Notes under the pieces: model-generated | Databases searched by the model: none | What the model was told of the DNA's origin: nothing | What the model saw: only the letters and a program-made list of their open reading frames with translations | Shown: positions 17,668-27,300 of the stretch, piece after piece | Layout: each line of letters starts with the position of its first letter | How positions within the stretch are numbered: position 1 is the stretch's first letter | Position numbers and translations under genes: made by a program | DNA from: an uncultured Polyangiaceae bacterium | GTDB lineage: Bacteria; Myxococcota_A; Polyangia; Polyangiales; Houyiibacteriaceae | DNA length: 64,000 nucleotides | NCBI GenBank assembly: GCA_964195565.1 | Contig: CAXMRN010000117.1 | Location: forward strand, 4,087-68,086 | Reading direction: 5' to 3'

Positions 17668-20025
17668 TTAGGCGGGGCCGACAAGGACTTCTCTTCGGCC
17701 GCCGGCCTTCGAGCTCGGAGGTCCGACGACGCCTTCTTGCTCCATGCGCTCCACCAGCTTGGCAGCTTTGTTGTATCCGACGCTCAGTTGCCGCTGGACG
17801 TGGCTGATCGAGCAGTACCCGGCATTGGCGACGACCGCGACGGCTTTGTCGTAGAGTGGGTCGTCGCTCTCGCTGCCGAAGCCCTCCTCTTCGCGCGGCT
17901 TCAGGATCTCGTCCTGATATTCAGGGTCGCCCTGCTCGCGCAGGAAGTCGCACACCGCCTTCACTTCATCTTCGCTCACGTACGCGGCGTGGACGCGCTG
18001 AAGGTCACTCGCCCCGGGCGGAATCATCAGCATGTCGCCCATCCCGAGGAGATGTTCGGCGCCGGAGCGGCCGAGGATTGTCATCGAGTCCTGGCGCTGT
18101 GCCACCTTGAAGGCGATGCGGGCCGGGAAGTTGGCTTTGATCATGCCGGTGATGACATCGACGCTCGGGCGCTGTGTCGCGAGGATGACATGAATGCCGG
18201 CGGCCCGTGCCTTCTGGGCGAGTCGGGCGATGCAAGCCTCGACGTCTTTGGCCGCAACCATCATCAAGTCGGCGAACTCGTCGACGACGACCACGACCGA
18301 AGGCAATTTCTCCGGCTCGAAGTTCTCCGCATCCGAAGCCTCGCCATCGGCGGGGTCGAGCAGAATCTCTTGCCCGTTGGCGTCCTGGGCGCTGACCTTG
18401 CCCTTGCGCTTCGGCATGAACTTCTCGACCGAAAGATCGCCCTGCAGCACGCGGTCGACGCGCCGGTTGTAAGTGTCGATGTTCCTAGCGCCCGCATCGG
18501 CGAACATTTGGTAGCGGCGTTCCATCTCGTCGACCGCCCAACGGAGCGCGAGCGACGCCTTCTTCATGTCGGTGACGACGGGCAACAGCATGTGGGGAAT
18601 GCCGTCGAAGACCTGCAGCTCGACGACCTTCGGATCGATCATCAGCATCCGGACCTCTTCCGGCGTCTTCTTGGCGAGGATCGACGTCAGCATCACATTG
18701 AGCGCGACGCTCTTACCGGAACCGGTTGCGCCCGCGACCAGCAGATGCGGCATCCGCGCGAGGTCCGCGTAGATAGGCTGCCCGCCGATGTCCTTGCCGA
18801 GCGCCATCGGGAGCGCGCCGCTGTGCTTCTCCCAGCGGCGATCATCGAGAATCTCTCGCAGATGAACGTTCTGGCGGATGTCGTTCGGCAGCTCGAAGCC
18901 GACGCGCGCCTTGCCCGCGATCGGCGCCACGATGCGGACCTTTTGCGCGGCCAACGCCATGGCCAGGTCGTCGGCGAGGCCAGCGATCTTGGAGACTTTC
19001 GTCCCACTCTGAGGCTCGAACTCATACATCGTCACAACAGGCCCAGGATGGATCTCGTCGACGCGACCTCGCACGCCATACGCGGCGAGCTTCTCGGTGA
19101 GCAGCTCGGCGTTTTCCCGAAGCGCCTCCGCGTCGACGTGGATTACCGAGGAATCGGGCTCATCGAGAAGGCTGTTCGGCGGCAGACGGAACTCGCGGTG
19201 GTCCCGGCGGGTGCGCGTCGAGATCTCCAGAGGCTTCTGCTTGGTTTCCTTAGGCGCGACGATCGTTGGGCCCGCGGCGCCGTCTGGCTTCGGTTCTTGC
19301 AGCCTGGGTTGAGGAGTAGGGATGACCACCGACGCCCGCGGCCGCTCCTCAGGCTCTTCTTCCTCATCGTCGAACGGCCCGCCCATGATGCGGGGCTGGC
19401 TCAGTCGGACCTCTTCCTCGTGGAGCTCACGTGCTTCGGCCCATGCTTCGCGGAGCGCGATGAACACGCTCTGAACCTTCGCCCATGCCGCGTGACCCAC
19501 GCGGACGAATGCCTGCGCTGCCTCTTCGAGTGTCCAAGGCGTCCTCAGAATGACGGCCGTCCCGAGAATCGCGAAGCCTATGATCACCGTCCCATAGAAG
19601 CCCAGCAGTGATCGAAGAACCTCCCCCAGAAGTTCTCCGACCGCGCCACCGGGCGATGCCCCCCACACCGCCTGCGGCTCGATCAGGATATGTCCGAGCG
19701 CCGCGCCAACGATCACGAGCACGAGGGTGGACGCCATCGTGGCAAGGCCGAGCATTGCGGAGCGCCTCCGAAACAATCGATAGGTGAGCAGCCCGCCCTC
19801 GAGGGGCAGGAACCAAGCTACCAACCCGAACGCGAGCATCAGCGCCCGGGCAAACCGATGACCGACTGGGCCCACAAGGTTCGCGCTCCCGTTTCGCGCG
19901 TCATACGAGATCAGCGCGAGGGTCAGCAGTACGGTTGCGGTCAAGGTCAGGATCGCAAGGACGTCCTGCCGCCTGCCCTCCGGCGCCACCAGATCGCCCG
20001 AAGAGGTGGTTTCTTGTGCGCTCAA
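17668..20025 (-). CDS. ftsK: DNA translocase FtsK
   Basis: 4-TM N-domain, GPVVTMYE, PHLLVAGATGSGKS, VVDEFADLM, LATQRPS, gamma domain (QRQLSVGYNKAAKL). Confidence 0.96.
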   Translation of the reverse strand: MSAQETTSSGDLVAPEGRRQDVLAILTLTATVLLTLALISYDARNGSANLVGPVGHRFARALMLAFGLVAWFLPLEGGLLTYRLFRRRSAMLGLATMASTLVLVIVGAALGHILIEPQAVWGASPGGAVGELLGEVLRSLLGFYGTVIIGFAILGTAVILRTPWTLEEAAQAFVRVGHAAWAKVQSVFIALREAWAEARELHEEEVRLSQPRIMGGPFDDEEEEPEERPRASVVIPTPQPRLQEPKPDGAAGPTIVAPKETKQKPLEISTRTRRDHREFRLPPNSLLDEPDSSVIHVDAEALRENAELLTEKLAAYGVRGRVDEIHPGPVVTMYEFEPQSGTKVSKIAGLADDLAMALAAQKVRIVAPIAGKARVGFELPNDIRQNVHLREILDDRRWEKHSGALPMALGKDIGGQPIYADLARMPHLLVAGATGSGKSVALNVMLTSILAKKTPEEVRMLMIDPKVVELQVFDGIPHMLLPVVTDMKKASLALRWAVDEMERRYQMFADAGARNIDTYNRRVDRVLQGDLSVEKFMPKRKGKVSAQDANGQEILLDPADGEASDAENFEPEKLPSVVVVVDEFADLMMVAAKDVEACIARLAQKARAAGIHVILATQRPSVDVITGMIKANFPARIAFKVAQRQDSMTILGRSGAEHLLGMGDMLMIPPGASDLQRVHAAYVSEDEVKAVCDFLREQGDPEYQDEILKPREEEGFGSESDDPLYDKAVAVVANAGYCSISHVQRQLSVGYNKAAKLVERMEQEGVVGPPSSKAGGRREVLVGPA

Positions 20026-20172
20026 GTAAGCGGCCTCCTACACGGGGGAGGCTATGCGCCGCGGCCTCGATTGGTCAAGAAATCTCAGCTCGGGGACGTT
20101 CTTGATTGCTTGGCTGAATCCTCTATTATCTTGCCGGGTTGCATGCCCACGGGGGATGGTTCCGCAGGTCGG

Positions 20173-21750
20173 ATGGGTAGGACGTCGAAGAACTTCATTC
20201 TTTGCTCGGCGCTCGGCGTGATGCTGGGCGTGATGCCGGGTGTGATGCTTTCGGGCTGCCAGGTCGACAGCGACGATGTCCAACAGTGGAAGGGGACGGT
20301 CAAAGGCCCCACCAGACTGGTCGCCGTACTTAAAAGCGACCGCTATCCCCGTGAGCTCCGGACCGAGGCCGCGGTGGCGATGGTCGAGATGGACCGAAAC
20401 GACGTCGACGCTTTGGCCCTTCTGCGGGGCGCGCTCGATGACCTTCGCCGCGAGGACCCAGGCACGAGCGAGGCGATCGTCGGCGGGATGATCCCGCGCC
20501 TCGAGGCACTGTTGTCCGAAGAGCCCAGCGAAGCAGACAAGGTTCCTGATCCGACCCAGGTGCGCGCCAAGGATGCCGCGTACATGGTGATTCCGTATGC
20601 CCCCGAGGGCTCCAGGGAGGCCCTCGTTCGTTCGGTTGTCGGCTGGTACTCCGCGGACTTCGAAGGCCGTAGCCTCGCGGGAGACTACAGCGCCGAGCAA
20701 GTCACGCGTGCGCTTGGAGCGGAGGCGGCGGGCATGCTCGTCGATGCGCTTCACGAGAAGATGCCGCCGCAAGCGATGATCAAAATCGCCGAAATTATCG
20801 GAGAAGACGGCGGTCAGGAGACCAAAGAACGCGCAGGCAAGCGACTCGTTGCCATCGAGAAGGAGATGGAGAAGGCCTCGTTCGTGAAATGGCTTTCCGC
20901 TCAGGTTCGCGCATCGATCGATGCGTCAGGGGAGATGGCGGACGCCGCGCGTGTGAGCTCATTGGCGCTCTTCAATCGAGAGAATTACATCAACCAAGGT
21001 GCGCTCCCGGCAATGCGGCATCTCGGTGACCAAGCGGTGGTCGCCACACGGTTGTTGGGCATCGCGGACACCAAGCCTGGACCGAACGATGGCAAGGCGT
21101 GGGTCGAGCGCCTCAACGCCCGGCGGGCCACCGCGCTCAAGGCGCTCGAGGGGCACGTGACACGTGCACACCTCAACCGCCTTCTTTCGATCGCGCTCGA
21201 TCGGAGCAACCCGATCGAGGTTCGCGACTACGCGTTTGATCGCGTCGGCGACATCCGAAGTCGCAAGGCGATCCCCCGGCTTTGGGCGCTCGTCGAGCGC
21301 ACCGGGTGCTCGGCGGCTTCCTGCTCCTCGTCGGACAAGCTCGGGAAGCGCCTGCGCTGGCGAGCCGGCGAATTGGTGCTGTCCCTCGGTGGCCCTTCCA
21401 CCATCGAGCCATTTTCCCAACGATTACCAGCATCTCCGGGGATCCAGTACGAGCCAGAGGAGCTCGAAGGCTACGCCACCCGGATGAGTCAGATGACACC
21501 TCCGCCTACATCTACCGTCATCGCGCTGCTCGATTCGCAACAGTGGTGGAATCGTGTGGTCGCATTGCGCTATCTTGAACGCAGAGGTGGGGAGGCAGAC
21601 GTTCCTGCCATGAAGCGACTAATGTCGGATGAGGCCGAAGTTTCGGGAGAAGGTTGGTCGGAGCTGAATCCGCCGGTGAAAACCGTGGGTCAGGTTGCCG
21701 ATGCGGCCATCAAGGCGCTTCGGGCGCGCGAGCAGGGTGACAACAAGTGA
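20173..21750 (+). CDS. Hypothetical alpha-helical (HEAT-like) lipoprotein
   Basis: ...GVMLSG|C lipobox; helical repeats such as EVRDYAFDRVGDIRSRKAIPRL and RVVALRYLERRG. Start trimmed to ATG 20173. Confidence 0.7.
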   Translation: MGRTSKNFILCSALGVMLGVMPGVMLSGCQVDSDDVQQWKGTVKGPTRLVAVLKSDRYPRELRTEAAVAMVEMDRNDVDALALLRGALDDLRREDPGTSEAIVGGMIPRLEALLSEEPSEADKVPDPTQVRAKDAAYMVIPYAPEGSREALVRSVVGWYSADFEGRSLAGDYSAEQVTRALGAEAAGMLVDALHEKMPPQAMIKIAEIIGEDGGQETKERAGKRLVAIEKEMEKASFVKWLSAQVRASIDASGEMADAARVSSLALFNRENYINQGALPAMRHLGDQAVVATRLLGIADTKPGPNDGKAWVERLNARRATALKALEGHVTRAHLNRLLSIALDRSNPIEVRDYAFDRVGDIRSRKAIPRLWALVERTGCSAASCSSSDKLGKRLRWRAGELVLSLGGPSTIEPFSQRLPASPGIQYEPEELEGYATRMSQMTPPPTSTVIALLDSQQWWNRVVALRYLERRGGEADVPAMKRLMSDEAEVSGEGWSELNPPVKTVGQVADAAIKALRAREQGDNK

Positions 21751-21762
21751 GTACTCGAACCG

Positions 21763-22389
21763 ATGGGTGATCAAGGCGACAGAAAAACAGTGCGTGCATT
21801 TCAGTGCCGCGACTATCTTTTCGAGATCTTCGATCGCATGAGCTCTGAGCTCGAGTGCTCGGTCGACTATCTGATCAACGAGTCGATGCGAGAGTACGCT
21901 CGCGCTCGCGAGCAGACGGTAGCGGCGGTCGACGCGCAAGAGCTCCTCGGGTCTGCCGTGGCCGGTGCGGCGCCTATGAGTGCGCAACCGATCGGCGCGC
22001 GACCTGCTCCCATGCTCACGCCAGTGCCCCCGCATCGCCCGCCAACACAGCCACGCGTGACGGCGCCGCCGCCGCTTCCCGGGCGCCGCCCATCCGATGC
22101 GGCGGGTCGCCGGGTGCTGGTTCTTCAGTTCAATGACCAAGACTTTCCGCTCGATAAAGACGAGTTTATCATTGGGCGTGGCGCGCGAAGCGCAGACCTC
22201 GCAATTCGCGACGGAAACATTTCGCGAAGGCACGCCGCCGTCGTGTTTCACGATGGCGCCTACTTCATGAAAGACTTGGGCAGCACGAATGGAATCGAGT
22301 TCGCGGGTCAACGTGTCGAATCCAAGCGCATCGAAGAAGGCGACGTCTATCGCATCTGCGATTACGAGCTTCGCTTCACCTATCAGTGA
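21763..22389 (+). CDS. FHA domain protein with putative N-terminal ribbon-helix-helix
   Basis: C-terminal FIIGR...ISRRHA...DLGSTNG is canonical FHA. Pro-rich linker. N-terminal beta-alpha-alpha pattern. Confidence 0.85.
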   Translation: MGDQGDRKTVRAFQCRDYLFEIFDRMSSELECSVDYLINESMREYARAREQTVAAVDAQELLGSAVAGAAPMSAQPIGARPAPMLTPVPPHRPPTQPRVTAPPPLPGRRPSDAAGRRVLVLQFNDQDFPLDKDEFIIGRGARSADLAIRDGNISRRHAAVVFHDGAYFMKDLGSTNGIEFAGQRVESKRIEEGDVYRICDYELRFTYQ

Positions 22390-22819
22390 TCGAGGGTCGG
22401 CGCGCGCCGCGTGCCTCGTTCTGATTGCGCTCGCCTGCACTCTCTCGGGAGCATCCGGGCGGGCAGACGACGCGGCCTCTCGAGCGAAGACCGCCCAGCT
22501 TCAAGAGAGACTCGGGCGGCTCGAGGCGCGGGACGACGCGAAGTACGCCAAGGGCGCCCTCGAGCATGCCCGCCGCGCGCTAAGCGTGGCGACGGGCGAC
22601 CCCGAGGATCCGGGAGCGGTATCGCGGCAACAACAGATCGCACGGGCGGCCATGGTGCTGGCCGAACGGCAGCTCGAGCGTCGCCGCGCACAGGCCGAGC
22701 TATTCGCCACGCAGCGCCGTCTCACCGCGACACGTGAACGGGCCAACGCGCAGCGGCGTGCGCTCGAAGCTCTGATGAGGGACAGGGCTGCGATCGCTCG
22801 TGAAGGAGTGCGGCCGTGA
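22289..22819 (+). CDS. Hypothetical exported coiled-coil protein (DUF4398-like); start uncertain
   Basis: Hydrophobic ACLVLIALACTLSGASGRA followed by an Ala/Arg-rich helical body. Stop overlaps the next start. Confidence 0.6.
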   Translation: MESSSRVNVSNPSASKKATSIASAITSFASPISDRGSARAACLVLIALACTLSGASGRADDAASRAKTAQLQERLGRLEARDDAKYAKGALEHARRALSVATGDPEDPGAVSRQQQIARAAMVLAERQLERRRAQAELFATQRRLTATRERANAQRRALEALMRDRAAIAREGVRP

Positions 22820-23832
22820 TGTTCCGCGCGACGTGGATCGTCTCATGCATAGTGGGACTCGGGTGCGCGGCGCAGCAAACCGCGCGGACCTCGGACTCGC
22901 TCTTCACGTCCCCGGCGGCCGAGCAGGCGCGCGAGCACGCACCGGATCTCTACGAACAAGCACAGACTGCGTGGGCCAAAGCCGACGCGGCTCAGCGACA
23001 TAGAGACGACGCTGCCGCCAACGACCAGCGCACCGAGGCACAGCTCTGGCTGACCGCCGCGGTGGCAGAAGCCGAACGGGTCCAGCTCGACCAGCGCCGC
23101 GCCGAGCTTCAACGCGAAGAAGAGCACTGGGCCAAGCAGCTCGCCCGGGACCAAGAGGCCTCTGCCATGGTGGCGCGAGATATTTCACGCTACGAGGCGA
23201 GGGCGGTCGCGCTTCACGAGGCGGAGCGGTTGACCGCGTTGAGTGACGGACCGACCATGAGTGAAGCCACGCTCGATGCGATCTTGACGCGCGCGCGGCT
23301 CAACGTCGCCCTCGCGGAGGCCCTCGGCGCCACCGACGAGCAGCTCGCGCCGTTGCGGGAGCACGCCGACGTCCTCGCGCGCCGACGCCCTCACTCGGCC
23401 AAGGATGCGGAGGCCCTCCTGCTGAAGACCGAGGCCTTGATCGGGCAGATGCGCGCGCAGTGGCCGGAGCCTCGTCCCGGCGCCGCGACCGAGCTCGTCG
23501 AGACCGCGCTGGTCACGGGGTTTGCCGCCGATCGCATCGGCACCGGGGTGCTGGTCCGCTCCGAGCGCTTCTTCACCTCCACGGGGAGCGTGTCGAGCGC
23601 AACCGTCAAGCGTTTCCACGGGCTGCTCGCCGCGTTTCCGCACGGCCCCGTCGCGTGCCAGGTCGCGGTCCCGGAGCTCCGGAGCCGGGTATGGGCGCGA
23701 CGTGTCGCGCTCTTGGTCGAGCGCCTTCGTCGAATGGAAGACCCCGGGCGAGTGTCCACCGGGATGGTCGTCACACAGTCCCTCAGCGCAGGCGCAGTGC
23801 AATGCACCTTTGCTGCGTATCGCGGCCTGTGA
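22816..23832 (+). CDS. Hypothetical lipoprotein: coiled coil plus possible degenerate OmpA-like C-domain
   Basis: IVGLG|C lipobox, APDLYEQAQ helical segment, C-terminal beta-alpha-beta-alpha segment. Confidence 0.65.
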   Translation: MMFRATWIVSCIVGLGCAAQQTARTSDSLFTSPAAEQAREHAPDLYEQAQTAWAKADAAQRHRDDAAANDQRTEAQLWLTAAVAEAERVQLDQRRAELQREEEHWAKQLARDQEASAMVARDISRYEARAVALHEAERLTALSDGPTMSEATLDAILTRARLNVALAEALGATDEQLAPLREHADVLARRRPHSAKDAEALLLKTEALIGQMRAQWPEPRPGAATELVETALVTGFAADRIGTGVLVRSERFFTSTGSVSSATVKRFHGLLAAFPHGPVACQVAVPELRSRVWARRVALLVERLRRMEDPGRVSTGMVVTQSLSAGAVQCTFAAYRGL

Positions 23833-23847
23833 CGAGGACAGTTCGCG

Positions 23848-24375
23848 TCAGTCGAGCCTGCGGAAGGATTGTTGCGCGGCGGCTTTGGTGCGGTCCACGT
23901 TCGGAGCGTGCTTGGGCGGGGGTGGGAGCTCGGTGACCGAGATCCGCGTCAAGCTGTTCCCCACTTCGAGGATCGAGACGTCGACCTTGGTGGGGTTGAC
24001 CTCCGCGCCGCGGACGCTCGCCCGTTTGTAGATCGCGCCCTCGCCTCGGCGCTCCACCTTGCCAGTGATCATCATCGGACCGAAGTACGCGAGCACCTTG
24101 TCGATAGGTGCCTGGATTCGATACACGTGCTGAAGCCCGTCTTCACGGTAGACCTCGGTTCCGCGCGGGAGGCGGATGCCGATGATGTAGTCGTCCGATG
24201 GAAGGAGCTTGCCCTGTGGATCGTAGTTACGAACCATGGGCTCTCGGGCCTGGGTCCCCTCATCCACCTTCGCCGCAGGGGCATCCGCCCGCTCGGAGTC
24301 GGCGCGGCGTTCGGGCTCCGATGTGCAACCCACGAGCGCTCCGAGGAGAGCGAGAATGAGCAGGCGAGTGATCAT
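23848..24375 (-). CDS. Hypothetical lipoprotein coupled to pilY1
   Basis: MITRLLILALLGALVG|C. ATGA overlap with the pilY1 stop. Confidence 0.75.
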   Translation of the reverse strand: MITRLLILALLGALVGCTSEPERRADSERADAPAAKVDEGTQAREPMVRNYDPQGKLLPSDDYIIGIRLPRGTEVYREDGLQHVYRIQAPIDKVLAYFGPMMITGKVERRGEGAIYKRASVRGAEVNPTKVDVSILEVGNSLTRISVTELPPPPKHAPNVDRTKAAAQQSFRRLD

Positions 24376-27300
24376 TCCAGCGTATCCGCCATGCCCGAGA
24401 CGACGGTGAAGCCGTCGGGTGCAGTGATGGCCTCTTCGAGGATGTTGATCGACAAGCCACCGCTGGTCGATACCGACCCGCTGAGGTGGCCCATGAGCTT
24501 GAACTCGCGCCCGCTCGTCGCGTACGGCATGGCCAACGTCGAAACCGTGCCGTCAAAGGGGTCGGTGATATTGACGCCGCTCGTCGCGGTGCAGACTGGC
24601 TGCTGAGTGACCTGGAGCCCGACGAGGAGGGCGTTCTCGAGCGCCGGGATGTCTGTTGAATCGAGCACTGACGCCGGATTGCCGAGAGAGTTGACGAGCA
24701 GCGGAACGAGGTCCCCCGCACTGGTCGGGTCGTCTAGATAGTGAACGCCCCAGACTCGGCTGCCGCCAAACGGACAGGCGTCGACCGCCGTGCCGCCGCC
24801 CGCCTTGAAGGAGCCAAAGAAGACCTGTCCGCCGAAGAGCTCGACGGGCCCGGTCATCTGCTCGCCGGCGTCGAGAACGATCTCCCAGTTGAGCCGTCCC
24901 TCGAGGGTGTCCACGAAACCATCGGTGTCGAAGGTGAGCTTCTCGGTGATCGACACGACTCGGTTCTTGGCCGAGGCATCGTCGAGCACGTCGATGTTCC
25001 CGGTTCCGACCAGGATGACGATCTCGCCATTGTCGTTGACCGTGAGGGCGGGCGGGTAATAGGTTGGCTCAGCCTCATCGAAGCCTTCGGCGTAGTACAG
25101 ATCGTGGAGCGCTTCGGCGTCCCAGTCCTCCGGATCGGGCGAGGACATATCGACCCGCCACAGCACCCCGTCCGCGTCGACGGTGTACGCCGCGCTTCCC
25201 ACCGTGCCCGTGTCCCCTCGGAACACAGAAATCGCGCCGTTCAGCGGTGCGGGGAATGTGTTCTCCCCGATTTCCCGGATCAACGAGCCCGTTGCCAGGT
25301 CGACGAAGTAGAGGACCCTACCGTGCTGTGTCTCCGCGGGGACCGAGGCTGTCCCTCGCCAACAGCGGCGATCCGCGCGCGGGCTGATGCCGACGCCAAG
25401 GGCGTCGTCCATGTCCTCGGGGAGCTGGTCGCCCGAAGCGATCGTGCAGGCGCCCGCGCCTCCTACGCCCTGCCCGCCCGGCACGATGATCACGCCGTGG
25501 GACTGCCTGGGTTTGAATACGGTCGGTCCGCCGGAGTTCCCCATGGGCGTGGGGTCGCTATCCTCGAGGAAGATTTGCGCCGCTGTGGGCTGGCCGTAGG
25601 TGTCGCCCAGATTGTCGTCCGTGAACTGCCAGAGGAACTCGGGCTTGCAGGGGTTGGTGACGTCGAGCGCAACGATCCCGTTGCCGCCGTTTCGAAAGCT
25701 CAGGAAGAGGATGGTACGCCAGACGTTGGTAACGCCCGCGGGGGAGTCCTCCGTTCCGCCGCCGCCGTCGTCCTGGGCGAACGAGCGTACGTCGTACAGG
25801 TCGCGCACCATGATGCTGCCGTCCGCAAACCATTGCTTGCTGCCGCCCGACAGCAAGTCGTCGAGGTCGTCGAGAAACATCGGGGCGATGAAGCCCCAGA
25901 GCTCGGTGCCCGCATTCTGGTTGTTGGCACACGCGAACTCGTCGAGGTTGTTGCCGGCGGTAAACTCGCCGGCAGCGTGGTCATCGGCCAAGAACGCGTG
26001 AATGACACCGTCGTTGGTCGATGCGTAGATCACGCGCGGGCGCCGGTTCAGCGCCCATCCGTCCGACGATAGGTCTTCGAGTGGGTCCGGGCTCTCCTGG
26101 TGGGCGAACCCTAGACGCCAATCGTTGTACGAGCGGTCCTCGAGGTCATCGACTATTGGCCCGACGATCGCGGGTGTCGAGTGATAGATATCACCGAGGC
26201 GTTCGTCCTCGCGGCCGCTGCCCGGAACGCCGTGCACCCAATCGACGACCGTATCGCGCTGTACCGTGTCGATGCTCCCCACGCCGAAGAAGTACTCCGG
26301 TGACACCAGCTTGCTGAACTCCCCGATGGGAACCTTGTTGAGCTCGGCTCCCGCGGTCGGAACGTCGATGCCCTGGTTGGTGAGCGAGGTGAGCCGCTCT
26401 CTTCCGTTGCCGGCCAGGTGCCCGTTGATCTTCGCGGGGTCGGTGGGCAGGACAGTCCAGAGGTTTCTACTGAAGGTACCCCCGAACGCCACGGCCGCGG
26501 GCGGGTCCGACCCGACGGGATCCACGTCGCCTGGGGCCGTCGTTTGCCCGTTGAGCTGCACGTGGAAACGGTCGGCGTCGACGACGTTCTGGGCGACTGG
26601 GATACCCGAGATGCACTCGATGCGGCGCCTTTCCAAGATGCCATCCCAAGGGTCCGTGGCATCCAAGGACGCATTGAAGCCCGAGATGAACTCCGCCTGA
26701 ACGAGGCCCGGCGTCAGCCCCGTGCCCACCGGAGCGGTTCGGCTCGTGGCGCCTGGGTTCTGTTCATTGAGCGCTGTGCTCAATGCGGTCACGAGCTCGG
26801 CGCGATCGGCGACCAAGAAGGCCTGATCGGTGTTGCCTACGGCGGCGATGTCATTGAGGAGGGTTTCGACCGCCGCGACCTCCGCGGGGGTGCCGTCGAG
26901 CGCGAAGCCGATGACATAGAACTTGTCGAGTTCTCCGGCTGCGATCATCGCAGACACGGTGTCGACGATCTCTTCATAGGGGCACCCGGTCGCGCCGACG
27001 GGCTGACCCAGCAACTCACAGTTGACTGGGGGGCCACGCATGTCGCCGTTCGGGAAGCCGTCGGTGATCAGCACTGCGCTGCGCGCGCGGCAACCATAGT
27101 AGGGATCGCCCGGCCCTGGGTCCGCGACCTTCTGGGTGATGTCGGCGTCGGTTTGAAGGAAGGTCTCCAGGTCAGCGACCAGCGCGGCCGTGGGCGTCGA
27201 ACCGAACGGGCGCAAGGGGTTCTTGCCAAGGCCGCTGTCGCCGAGAATCGTCCCTTGAATCGAGGCGTTGGTGGACGTCATTGCCGCGGTGCTGTCCGCG

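Noticed and set aside
17737..19611. Long antisense and alternate-frame ORFs (e.g. 17737-19611, 2233-3861, 41083-42609, 58574-60082, 62574-63512)
   Set aside because: Shadow ORFs of well-supported genes, expected in high-GC DNA, with no recognisable motifs.
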